This document shows positions 48,918 to 58,139 of a stretch of 64,000 nt of DNA, one piece after another. The notes below the pieces were generated by a model. That model worked only from the letters and a program-made list of their open reading frames with translations. It did not search any database and was not told the DNA's origin. The position numbers and the translations under genes were made by a program. The DNA is taken from assembly GCA_036960375.1 (NCBI GenBank), contig JBALVY010000002.1:659049-723048 (forward strand), read 5' to 3'. Source of the stretch: Pseudomonadales bacterium (GTDB taxonomy: Bacteria; Pseudomonadota; Gammaproteobacteria; Pseudomonadales; CAWVSB01). Within the stretch, counting starts at the first letter, position 1. Each line of letters starts with the position of its first letter.

Positions 48918-50069
48918 ATGGATTATTCATTTAACGAAGACCAGCTAGCCATTCGCGAGTTGGCGTACCAGATTTTTACAGACCGTGCGACGGATGAATT
49001 TCTGCTGGCGTTTTCGCGAACCGATCAAACCTATGATGATGAATTATGGTCCACTTTAGCCGAGCAGGGTTTGCTGGGTTTGTCGGTACCAGAGAGCGCA
49101 GGTGGTAGTGGCTTGGGACTGGTGGAATTGTGCCTGATGCTGGAAGAGCAAGGCCGCCGTGTCGCTCCAGTACCATTGTATTCAACCCTGGTACTTGGCT
49201 CGTTGCCAATCATTGAATTCGGCACTGAAGAGCAACAGCAGCAGTGGCTGGTACCTATGGTGGCGGGCGAAGCGAAGTTGACCGCAGCCGTTGCTGAATT
49301 AGGTATGCATGAAGCTATGGCTACAACAGTAACAGCCAGTAAAGATGGCGATAACTGGATACTCAACGGCGAAAAGGCTGTTGTAGCAGATGGCGTTACC
49401 GCCAACTGTATTTTGGTTCCAATGGTCGATACCGATGACAAAGCCAGCGTTGTGCTGCTGGATACTTCTTTGACCGGAGTCACCATTAGCCCCGAGCAGA
49501 TAGGTTTGTTGGGCGATCGGGCCGCTCATTTGCAACTGACGAATGTATCAGTTCCTGCTACAGCCATTCTGGGCCAGGTAGGCCAAGGGGACGAGATTAT
49601 CGATTGGCTTGAGCAGAGGGCCAATTTGGGGCACTGCGCGATGCAAACGGGTGTTACCGAAGAAGCCATGAAGAGAACAGCGGCTTATGTCAGTGAGCGC
49701 GAGCAGTTTGGCGTACCACTTGGCAGCTTCCAGGCACTGGCAATGCGTATGGCCGATAGCTACATCGACGTCGAAGCTATCCGCTCGACATACTGGCTGG
49801 CTATGTGGCGCATGAGCGAAGGTCTTGACGCAAGGGCTGAAGTACGTGCAGCCAAATGGTGGGCCTGTGATGCGGCGCATCGCGTTGTACTTACTGCCCA
49901 GCACTTACATGGGGGTATCGGTGCCGATGTTGAGTACCCGATTCATCGCTTCTTTTTGTGGGCCAAGCAAATCAGCTATTCCATGGGTAACGCGACAACC
50001 CAACTCACCAAATTGGGTCAGTTATTAGCCAGCGATGATTCGCTGGGTTTTCGGGCTTTAGAAGTTTAA
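48918..50069 (+). CDS. Acyl-CoA dehydrogenase-family protein (possibly a non-catalytic partner subunit)
   Basis: 383 aa with ACAD fold blocks ..ERANLGHCAMQTGV..EREQFG.. and ..HLHGGIGADVEYPIHRFF... Both usual catalytic-base positions appear to be non-Glu (see findings). Confidence 0.85.
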   Translation: MDYSFNEDQLAIRELAYQIFTDRATDEFLLAFSRTDQTYDDELWSTLAEQGLLGLSVPESAGGSGLGLVELCLMLEEQGRRVAPVPLYSTLVLGSLPIIEFGTEEQQQQWLVPMVAGEAKLTAAVAELGMHEAMATTVTASKDGDNWILNGEKAVVADGVTANCILVPMVDTDDKASVVLLDTSLTGVTISPEQIGLLGDRAAHLQLTNVSVPATAILGQVGQGDEIIDWLEQRANLGHCAMQTGVTEEAMKRTAAYVSEREQFGVPLGSFQALAMRMADSYIDVEAIRSTYWLAMWRMSEGLDARAEVRAAKWWACDAAHRVVLTAQHLHGGIGADVEYPIHRFFLWAKQISYSMGNATTQLTKLGQLLASDDSLGFRALEV

Positions 50070-50084
50070 AAAAGGTACTAGCTA

Positions 50085-50774
50085 ATGGATATTCATGATC
50101 CTTTTTCTTCCCCGGATACCAAAGATCCACTCGATGATGAGTGGGCAGCCAAACGTCGTGTGTCTGAGGCAACTCGTAAGCTGATAGAGACTTTGGTCAC
50201 GGTGACCACCAGTGCGGAAGAACTCAATGAAGTAGCCGACAACATTGCGGCGCAGGCCGACCGGTTGGCCCAGTCGGAGCGACTATATGGTCGCGTAGCG
50301 TTTGAGCGGGCGGAAGATGGAAAATATGGCACGATGGCCAGCCTGGGTTACGAACTTAACCCTCTGGATGGCAGGAGCAACCCTATAGCGGCCCCCATCA
50401 CCGTGTGGATGGACGGAGACAAAGCTTATGCCAAGGCTAATATGGGTTGGCAATATGAAGGTCCACCGGGATGCGTGCACGGCGGTTTTGTCGCCGCGTT
50501 GTTTGACCAGTTTTTAGGCGTTGGTCAAAAATTGACAGGTCAGCCCGGCATGACGGGTACGCTGACCGTTAAATATCTCAAGCCCACACCAATCGATACC
50601 GATCTGAGAATGGAAGCTCGCGTCGAACGTGTAGAAGGTCGAAAAAATTATTTGGTAGGCGAAATGTGGGCAGGTGATGTGCTTACCGCAACCAGTGCAG
50701 GTGTGTTTATTAGTATTACCCCCGAGATGTATCGAAAATTACTGGCAGCTAAAACGAATCAGACAGCGGACTAA
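50085..50774 (+). CDS. PaaI-type hot-dog acyl-CoA thioesterase
   Basis: C-terminal hot-dog domain with GPPGCVHGGFVAALFDQFLG, plus a ~90-aa N-terminal extension. Confidence 0.75.
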   Translation: MDIHDPFSSPDTKDPLDDEWAAKRRVSEATRKLIETLVTVTTSAEELNEVADNIAAQADRLAQSERLYGRVAFERAEDGKYGTMASLGYELNPLDGRSNPIAAPITVWMDGDKAYAKANMGWQYEGPPGCVHGGFVAALFDQFLGVGQKLTGQPGMTGTLTVKYLKPTPIDTDLRMEARVERVEGRKNYLVGEMWAGDVLTATSAGVFISITPEMYRKLLAAKTNQTAD

Positions 50775-50898
50775 AATACGATGCTCTAGCAAAATCCAGG
50801 TTGAGTATTTAGCTCGTTATGAACTCTTCCTCCTGCGGGTGTGTCGGGTTTTCAAAACTCCTTATTATCCACCGTGCGTACAATTACCAGGAGAAAAA

Positions 50899-52020
50899 AT
50901 GCGGCCTCGTCTCGTCATTGCAGGCTTTGGCGATACCGGCCTACTGGTAGCTATACATCTCTCTAGTCACTTTGACATTGTTGGGATATCGTCCAAGCCT
51001 TGTTTGGTTAGTGGGCAGGAACTGGGTCTTCGCTTGACTCGTCCTGAGCAATGGAAGCGTGATTTTTTAGTCAAGTTCACGCGTTATAAAAAACTTGCCA
51101 GAGTCCGGACGCTGCATGGGCTGATTAAGCACATCAATAGTAGTGAATCGACGGTGACTGTTGAGTTGGCTAACGGTGAGCAGATTCAGGAAGACTATGA
51201 TGTACTGTTAATCGCCGCTGGCGTGAGCAATGGATTTTGGCGTAATAATACCCTGCAAAGCTTAGCGCAAATTGAGCATGGCATCGAAAGTCATGTTCAG
51301 AAGTTGCAGCAAACCGACAGTCTGGCAGTAATTGGCGGTGGTGCTACGGGCGTCAGTGCGGCGGTGAATTTTGCGCGTCAATATCCTGATAAAAAAATCG
51401 ATTTGTTTTATAGCCAGAATGAGCCTTTACCGGGTTACCACCCCAGAGCCCGCAGCCAGCTGCTAAAAAAACTTAAGGCCTTGCGGGTGATTCTACATCC
51501 CAATCATCGTGCCATCTTACCTGCGGGTTTTGACACTACCCAACTAACGTCGACACAAGTGCAGTGGTCTACGGGCCAAGCTGCGTTTCAAGCCGGCCTG
51601 ACCTTGTGGGCGATCGGTAATTTAAAACCGAATAATAATTTTATTCCCCAGGCTATGCTTGATGACGGAGGTTTTGTGAAAACTGACCCGCATTTGCGCG
51701 TGCCGGGTTTTGACAATGTATTTGCCGTGGGCGATATTGCCGCCACGGATGTCAATCGTAGTTCTGCCAGAAACGGTGGTTTCGTTTTAGTAGCGGAGAA
51801 CATCAGAGCCTATATTGAGGGTCGCGAGCAGGACATGAAGACTTACCGCGCATCCAATTATCGCTGGGGATCCATCTTTGGCACTCAGCCCGATGGACTC
51901 ACAGTGTTTTCACCACAGGGTAAAGGTTTCAGAATGCCGCTTTGGGTGGTGAATAAGGTGTTGTTTCCATGGATCGTTCGCAAGCAAATTTATAAGGGGC
52001 TTTATCCTCCCGCCCAATAA
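50899..52020 (+). CDS. FAD-dependent pyridine-nucleotide-disulfide oxidoreductase (NDH-2/AIF-like)
   Basis: Two Rossmann motifs (VIAGFGDTG, VIGGGATGV) and FAVGDIA. ATG 50899 is preceded by AGGAGA. The track's upstream extension from 50674 overlaps the thioesterase gene. Confidence 0.8.
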   Translation: MRPRLVIAGFGDTGLLVAIHLSSHFDIVGISSKPCLVSGQELGLRLTRPEQWKRDFLVKFTRYKKLARVRTLHGLIKHINSSESTVTVELANGEQIQEDYDVLLIAAGVSNGFWRNNTLQSLAQIEHGIESHVQKLQQTDSLAVIGGGATGVSAAVNFARQYPDKKIDLFYSQNEPLPGYHPRARSQLLKKLKALRVILHPNHRAILPAGFDTTQLTSTQVQWSTGQAAFQAGLTLWAIGNLKPNNNFIPQAMLDDGGFVKTDPHLRVPGFDNVFAVGDIAATDVNRSSARNGGFVLVAENIRAYIEGREQDMKTYRASNYRWGSIFGTQPDGLTVFSPQGKGFRMPLWVVNKVLFPWIVRKQIYKGLYPPAQ

Positions 52021-52110
52021 CGGTAGATATTGAGAGAGAGTATTATTGTAGGCTGCTTTGCGTTTGTCATAGTGCGGTGGTGAAAATACAATTTATCTGG
52101 AGCATTTTTT

Positions 52111-53190
52111 ATGAAAAAACGCGTGGTAGTTTGGGGTACTGGCAATGTGGGCCGCCCGGCAATTCGGGCAGTCGTCTCACACCGGGATTTGGAACTGGTG
52201 GGGGTGATTGTTTCTAATCCGGATAAGGTCGGCAAGGATGCGGGCACTTTGGCAGGCATTGCTGAACAGGGTGTTTTGGCTACCGATGATTGGCAGGCTT
52301 TGATAAAAACAGAGTTTGATTGTCTGGTGTATACAGCGAATGCCGATACTCGAGCCGAGGCGGCTTTTATGGAGTTGCTGACGGTGCTGTCTGCTGGAAT
52401 TAACGTGGTCTCCACAGCTTTTTACCCGCTGTTGTTTCCTTCCGGCTTTGCAGCGATTAAAGAGGCGATTGAGCCGGTGCAAATGGTCTGTGAACAAAAT
52501 GATTGCTCGGTATTTGTTTCCGGAGTAGACCCGGGTTGGGCCATGGACATTTTGCCGATTCTATTGAGCGGTGTTGTGTCAGATATTGAAGAAATACGGA
52601 TTCAGGAAATTTTTAACTACGGACTCTATGATCAGCCTGAAGTTGTGCGTGAAGTCATTGGTTTTGGCCAGCCGATGGAAAATAATCCCAGAATGCTTGA
52701 ACAGCAGGCCCTGACTACGGTGTGGGCGCCGATGATAAATATTATCGCCAAAGCGCTGGATTATGAGCTCGATGGCATAGAGATTTTTGTTGAAAAACGC
52801 CCGCTTGAAAAAGACATTCAAGTGGCGGGCATGGGAGAATTTCAATGCGGCACGCAAGGTGCTTTCCGCTTTGAGGTGCGCGGCATGCGCAATGGCAAAG
52901 CCCGCATTGTGGTGGAACATATTACCCGTATCGATGATGACTGTGCCCCCGATTGGCCTTATCCACCTATAGGTCAGGGCTGTCATCAAGCCGTGATCAA
53001 GGGCAGCCCCGAGTTGGTGGTGAGCCTGCACGGTCATGATCCAATAGAACCCGGCCCCGCAGGTGGCGGCAATGGCTCTGCGGCTAATCGTATCGTCAAT
53101 GCCATCCCTGCGGTTTGTGAGGCCAAGGCGGGCATTGTCACACCCTTAGATCTGCCTCTAATTCATGGCGGCCCGCAAATGCAGCGCTAA
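52111..53190 (+). CDS. DapB-N-like NAD(P)-binding protein of the amine-dehydrogenase / 2,4-diaminopentanoate-dehydrogenase-like family
   Basis: N-terminal Rossmann motif KKRVVVWGTGNVGRPAIRAVV, then GINVVST and GVDPGWAMDILP. The family call is from memory of that pattern. Confidence 0.6.
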   Translation: MKKRVVVWGTGNVGRPAIRAVVSHRDLELVGVIVSNPDKVGKDAGTLAGIAEQGVLATDDWQALIKTEFDCLVYTANADTRAEAAFMELLTVLSAGINVVSTAFYPLLFPSGFAAIKEAIEPVQMVCEQNDCSVFVSGVDPGWAMDILPILLSGVVSDIEEIRIQEIFNYGLYDQPEVVREVIGFGQPMENNPRMLEQQALTTVWAPMINIIAKALDYELDGIEIFVEKRPLEKDIQVAGMGEFQCGTQGAFRFEVRGMRNGKARIVVEHITRIDDDCAPDWPYPPIGQGCHQAVIKGSPELVVSLHGHDPIEPGPAGGGNGSAANRIVNAIPAVCEAKAGIVTPLDLPLIHGGPQMQR

Positions 53191-53463
53191 TGCCAATGAT
53201 CTCTTGGGATACGAGCGCGATGTCTATAACAAAGTCCCCCCCCCAGTTACTTTGCTAACAGGTCCATGCCGCTAAGTCAGTGACGGTACGCCATATTCAG
53301 CTCTTTGCTTTGTTAAGAATTGTAGGCTTTTGTAATATTGATCGAATCACTATTGTGCATAACTTCCACCTTTCGTACCTTGAGTCGGCATGGAGACATT
53401 CTGCTTCATCCGTAGGCTCGATACGATTTATATCTTGTCGAACCAAACATCAAGGAACTTATT

Positions 53464-55362
53464 TTGATAGTCAGATCTTTTCGGAGTGCGAGTGTTATTA
53501 GTTTGTCTTTTATCGTCATTGGCTGTGGAGGTGGTGGAGGCGGATCGAGTGCGGTGGCCGACGACCCGGTGATACCTGCACCGACACTGGAAGCGCCTGC
53601 TCTGCTTGATACTGTCACTCAGATTTATACTCAAGGCGTCGCTACAGAACCTTTTGTATTTACTAATACCGGCGGTGGCTCATTATCTTCTTGCTCCGCC
53701 ACTACACTGCCGGATGGTCTTGCTGTTGAGGTCTCCGTGGATACAGAAACTTGTCAGATTTTTGGTACTCCTCTAACAGTTCAGTCAGCAACGGAATATA
53801 CCGTAACTGGCACAAATGCCACATCTAGCTCATCTGCTACCGTGAGTATTTTAGTTCAATTGGCGGCGTCTACTGATCCGCTTGATATAGCGCTGCGAAA
53901 TTTGATTGATCAACAGCAATTAACCGGCGATCCAAGTACAGGCCGAAACCTTAGTAATATCGAAGAGCCGATTGCTCAACTGGGAAAGGCGCTATTTTAT
54001 GCCAAGAATTTGGGTGGGCAGCAAGACACGGCCTGCGCTTCCTGTCATCACCCATCACTGGGAGGTGGCGACAACCTCTCTCTTCCCGTTGGCGTTGATG
54101 CCGTCAGTGCGACCGGAGCGGTTAGTGCTGATCTATTAGGCCCAGGCCGCTTTCATAGTAGCGCTGATGGCGTGTCGATTATTCCGCGAAATTCACCATC
54201 TGTTTTCAATGCGGGAATGTGGGACTCCGGTATGTTTTGGGATTCACGGGTGCAGAGTATTGATGGCTTGAACGCCAACAGCGGTGCCAGAGGTACCCTT
54301 GCCGGCATAGTGACACCGGATTCTGTTGATGCGCTAAGCGCAGATATAAATCTACCCTCATCTGTCAGCTTGGCGAACGCCCAGGCAAGGTTTCCTGTGG
54401 TGTCTGAAGCGGAAATGAGAGGCTCTTTTACGCCCGCTGCTGACGCTCAAACTCTACGGCAATCTCTGGCGACTCGACTGGCTCAGTCAAACTTATCCTG
54501 GCAACCATTATTTGAGGCCGCGTTTGGAGACGGTGCAGTCAGTTACGACCGTATCGCCGAGGCCTTGGCTGCTTTTGAAGAATCGATGGTATTTGTGGAA
54601 AACCCCTGGAAACACTACGTGGAAGGTGACTATACAGCGCTTAGCGATCAGCAAAAGGATGGAGCGATTTTATTTTTTACTCGGGCTCAGGACGGTGGGG
54701 GAGACTGTTCGGAGTGCCATTCTGGTGATTTTTTCACCGACGAAGATCATCACATCGTAGCGTTTCCTCAGCTGGGAATTGGGAAAGGCGACGGCGGAAC
54801 AGCTGACGAAGATTATGGTCGCGAGCGGGTTAGCGGAGATGACCGCGATCGCTATCACTTTAAAGCCCCCAGCTTATTAAACGTGGCGCTTACCGCGCCT
54901 TATGGTCACAGTGGGTCTTATCAGACAATCGCACAGGTATTGAATCACTACGATAACCCAGATCGAGAACTGTCAGATTATTTCGGCGGAAACATCAATG
55001 CACCCGGAACGGTATTTGATGGGGTCGGTGATTTCTGCGCTTTGGCTCAGATTCAAAGCTTGATGGCCAAAACGGGGCAAAACTGTAATAGTGTTTTTAA
55101 TAGTCTAAACCCCAACGCGATAGCGAATAGTGCGCGCGCTCTGGACTTTCAGAATGATCCTCAGGCGAGTTCCACATTCCCTAATATCAATCTCGGCGGG
55201 CAGGAACGTAATCAGATAGAGGCATTTCTCGAAGCTTTAACAGACCCCTGTATTGAAAACAGAGTATGTCTTGACCCGTGGATTATCGACGAGGGAGATC
55301 GTGGAGCCTATCCCGATACCTTGCCACTGATTGGGTACGATGAGAGTGGCAGAGAGTCGTAG
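53464..55362 (+). CDS. Di-haem cytochrome c peroxidase/MauG-family lipoprotein with an N-terminal Ig-like domain
   Basis: Lipobox VIGC followed by a Gly-rich linker. Two haem c sites are present (CASCHH and CSECHS). TTG start per the track. Confidence 0.85.
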   Translation: MIVRSFRSASVISLSFIVIGCGGGGGGSSAVADDPVIPAPTLEAPALLDTVTQIYTQGVATEPFVFTNTGGGSLSSCSATTLPDGLAVEVSVDTETCQIFGTPLTVQSATEYTVTGTNATSSSSATVSILVQLAASTDPLDIALRNLIDQQQLTGDPSTGRNLSNIEEPIAQLGKALFYAKNLGGQQDTACASCHHPSLGGGDNLSLPVGVDAVSATGAVSADLLGPGRFHSSADGVSIIPRNSPSVFNAGMWDSGMFWDSRVQSIDGLNANSGARGTLAGIVTPDSVDALSADINLPSSVSLANAQARFPVVSEAEMRGSFTPAADAQTLRQSLATRLAQSNLSWQPLFEAAFGDGAVSYDRIAEALAAFEESMVFVENPWKHYVEGDYTALSDQQKDGAILFFTRAQDGGGDCSECHSGDFFTDEDHHIVAFPQLGIGKGDGGTADEDYGRERVSGDDRDRYHFKAPSLLNVALTAPYGHSGSYQTIAQVLNHYDNPDRELSDYFGGNINAPGTVFDGVGDFCALAQIQSLMAKTGQNCNSVFNSLNPNAIANSARALDFQNDPQASSTFPNINLGGQERNQIEAFLEALTDPCIENRVCLDPWIIDEGDRGAYPDTLPLIGYDESGRES

Positions 55363-55439
55363 AAAGACGGCGTCAGAAGTGACTTTAGTTAAATGAATTT
55401 ACGGACGTCTCTAAGATTCATCTAGCCTAGACTACGAAA

Positions 55440-55461
55440 GGCATCGTCTGATGCCAATTTT
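55440..55461 (+). terminator. Terminator-like hairpin after the peroxidase gene
   Basis: GGCATC-gtct-GATGCC followed by AATTTTG. Confidence 0.5.
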
Positions 55462-55538
55462 GTGCGAAGTTGACCAATGAGGTCTACTATTACAGCGATG
55501 GAATGTAATAGAACCTCAAGCTTCAACTGGTGGAGACT

Positions 55539-57212
55539 ATGATGCCTATTCGAATTTTAACTTTGATTTTTCTTCTTCTGTGCGCAAATTTGGTGTTTAG
55601 CCAGGTTCATGATCCAAGAGCTTTAACCGCTGACCCAGCCACTGCCACGACGCCTATCGCGCCAAAACTTACCGGTCTTGGCGATTATCATTTTGAAGTC
55701 ACGACGAAAAGTGAAGAATCTCAATATTTTTTTGATCAAGGCTATCGAATGACCTTGGGCTTTAATCATTCCGAAGCACTTAGGGCTTTTAAGGAAGCTA
55801 TTCGGCTCGACCCGGACAATGCGATGGCCTACTGGGGCTGGGCTTTGGTTTTGGGCCCCAATCTAAATTTGCCGATGCAAGAAAGTGTTGTTGAACAAGC
55901 TTATGACGCTATTCAAATAGCCCTGAGTCTTAAGGACAAGGTGAGTCTCCGGGAGCAGGCCTATATCGATGCAATGGCGATTCGATATTCTGCTGACCCG
56001 AAGGCAGACCGAGCAATACTTGATACCGCCTATGCAGAAGCCATGGCCAACCTTGTGAAACGCTTTCCCGATGATATTGACGCCGCTGTTTTATATGCGG
56101 CCGCTGTAATGAACACTAATCCGTGGGACTACTGGTATCGAGATGGCACAGCCAAACCCAATACCGAGCTAGTGCTTGAAACCTTACAGTCTGTGATTGA
56201 CCGTAACCCAAAACATCCCGGTGCACACCATTATTATATACACACCGTAGAGGCCTTTAGACCAGAGTTGGGTGTGGCAAGTGCCGATGTGCTCGGGGGA
56301 CTCATGCCCGGTGCTGGGCACCTTGTTCATATGCCATCTCATATCTATATGCGCGTGGGTCGGTATGCCGATTCCTATGATGCGAACATTAGCGCGGTTG
56401 CAGCAGATAAGGGCTATATCACGCAGTGCCGCAGCCAGGGTCTTTACCCATTAGCCTATTATCCTCATAACCTCCATTTTCTTGTATGGTCTGCAATGTT
56501 TGAGGGGCGGAGTATTGCTGCGCTGGATGCAGCAAGACAAGTGGCGGCTGCTATTCCGGAGGCCTCCAAAGATAATTCCTGGGCCCTCTATGAGTCTTTT
56601 CGCAGTCAGCCAATATTTGTCATGGTGCGCTTTGGTCAATGGGATGCATTAGTTCAGGAGCCCGGACCACCAAAATCTGCTCGATTCATGAATGGCATAT
56701 GGCATTACGGACGTGGTATGGCTTACGCTCATTTGGGGCAAAGCGATTTAGCGAAGCAAGAGTTGGAACGGCTTCGCTCCCTTCGAAAGCTGGCTGAAGA
56801 AGACGAAAATTATGTCTCGGGCTTTGCCGCGGCGAGCGCTTTGTTGGTTATTGCTGAGGAAGTTTTGAGCGGAGAGATTGCAGGCAAAGAAGGTGATTTT
56901 TCAAAAGCGATTGGGCATTTGGAACGCGCGGTACGTCTTGAACAAAGTATGTTATACAACGAACCACCAGATTGGTATTTTCCTGTTAGGCATATCTTGG
57001 GAGCCTTGCTTCTGGAGGCGGGATACCCCGCCGAGGCAGAAGTAGTTTACTGGGAGGACCTGCGCAACAACCCGGCTAACGGCTATTCTCTTTTTGGCCT
57101 AATGCAAAGCCTGCAGGCGCAAGGCAATACCGAGGTGGCAGAAGTTATTCAACAACGGTTTAATCTCGCTTGGGAACGTGCTGACGTTGGTCTAGTCAGT
57201 TCAAGATACTAA
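55539..57212 (+). CDS. Exported helical-repeat (TPR-like) protein with His-rich motifs, function unknown
   Basis: Signal peptide MMPIRILTLIFLLLCANLVFSQ. His clusters KHPGAHHYYIHTVE and GAGHLVHMPSHIY. GGTGGAG lies just upstream of ATG 55539; the track start is GTG 55530. Confidence 0.6.
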   Translation: MMPIRILTLIFLLLCANLVFSQVHDPRALTADPATATTPIAPKLTGLGDYHFEVTTKSEESQYFFDQGYRMTLGFNHSEALRAFKEAIRLDPDNAMAYWGWALVLGPNLNLPMQESVVEQAYDAIQIALSLKDKVSLREQAYIDAMAIRYSADPKADRAILDTAYAEAMANLVKRFPDDIDAAVLYAAAVMNTNPWDYWYRDGTAKPNTELVLETLQSVIDRNPKHPGAHHYYIHTVEAFRPELGVASADVLGGLMPGAGHLVHMPSHIYMRVGRYADSYDANISAVAADKGYITQCRSQGLYPLAYYPHNLHFLVWSAMFEGRSIAALDAARQVAAAIPEASKDNSWALYESFRSQPIFVMVRFGQWDALVQEPGPPKSARFMNGIWHYGRGMAYAHLGQSDLAKQELERLRSLRKLAEEDENYVSGFAAASALLVIAEEVLSGEIAGKEGDFSKAIGHLERAVRLEQSMLYNEPPDWYFPVRHILGALLLEAGYPAEAEVVYWEDLRNNPANGYSLFGLMQSLQAQGNTEVAEVIQQRFNLAWERADVGLVSSRY

Positions 57213-57271
57213 AGACAATAAGGCTGTTCAGATTGTTACTCGGCTAAGTGTTCTGAAGGTGCTGGTGTCAT

Positions 57272-58015
57272 TTATTGTTGGTGTAATTCACGAATAAGCG
57301 CAGGTATTTCACTGGGGTGTAGAACGCTATGGTGAGGATTGATACCAAGCTCTGCATCCAGCGGTTGTTGGTGTTGAATCCATACCGAGGTAATACCGCT
57401 ATTGTGCGCGCCCGCAATGTCGGCTGCCAGGCTGTCGCCAACATGGATGGCCTCGTGGGCTTCACAGTTGGCTAGCCTTAGCGCTTTTTCAAAAATGGAA
57501 CGGTCTGGCTTTTGTGCTGGTTCCTGGCCGCCAATAATTATGTGATCAACATGTTCGACAAGCTTAATGGCGTTAATTTTGGGTGTCTGTGAGAATTCAG
57601 GTCCGTTGGTAATGACTACCAGGGTAAATGATTTACGTGCATCAGCTAAGAACTCTTCAATACCCGGATAAAACTTGAAGGCCGCTAGTCGATCACAATC
57701 GAAGCCGTCTTGCAGGCTCTGGGCGTCGGCCTGACTGACATTACTGATACCTTGTTCGGCCAATAGGTCGCGAATTAATTGCACACGAAAGGCCGATTCA
57801 CTTTGTTGTTCGATAATGGGCATGTAGCGCTTGTACTGACTGTCGCCCCATTGTCGATAAATTCCTGCGACGTATTCATTGGCAACGGCCTGACAATCGA
57901 CATCTGAGCCATACAATGTTTTGACCGCTTGGCCCATCATTTTCTTGGCTTGTAGATTGGCGCTGAAGGTATCGCAGAGCGTGTCATCCATATCAAGAAA
58001 TAGTGCTTTTAACAT
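57272..58015 (-). CDS. HAD-superfamily hydrolase
   Basis: Motif I FLDMDDTL, motif II VVITNG, and motif IV HVGDSLAADIAGA. Confidence 0.8.
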   Translation of the reverse strand: MLKALFLDMDDTLCDTFSANLQAKKMMGQAVKTLYGSDVDCQAVANEYVAGIYRQWGDSQYKRYMPIIEQQSESAFRVQLIRDLLAEQGISNVSQADAQSLQDGFDCDRLAAFKFYPGIEEFLADARKSFTLVVITNGPEFSQTPKINAIKLVEHVDHIIIGGQEPAQKPDRSIFEKALRLANCEAHEAIHVGDSLAADIAGAHNSGITSVWIQHQQPLDAELGINPHHSVLHPSEIPALIRELHQQ

Positions 58016-58091
58016 GGCAGCTTCCAGGGCTTTAAAATGGAACGGGTATCATACCCTATACGCGCATTGGAATGGATTTGTGTAACAGGAT

Positions 58092-58122
58092 GAGCTGCAA
58101 TCCCGTAATGGGATTGCAGCTC
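58092..58122 (-). terminator. 13-bp perfect-stem hairpin downstream of the SDR gene (no U-tract)
   Basis: GAGCTGCAATCCC-gtaat-GGGATTGCAGCTC, 18 nt after the stop of 58140..59048. Confidence 0.4.
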
Positions 58123-58139
58123 AGATCGGAACGAGGATA

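Noticed and set aside
50674-50898. 75-codon N-terminal extension of the flavoprotein ORF
   Set aside because: It overlaps the thioesterase gene by 100 nt in another frame. The Rossmann fold begins right after ATG 50899, which has a strong AGGAGA RBS.
53521-53545. GGT/GGA-rich stretch that looks like a short tandem repeat
   Set aside because: It encodes the Gly-rich linker (GCGGGGGGSS) after the lipoprotein Cys of the peroxidase, so it is ordinary coding sequence.
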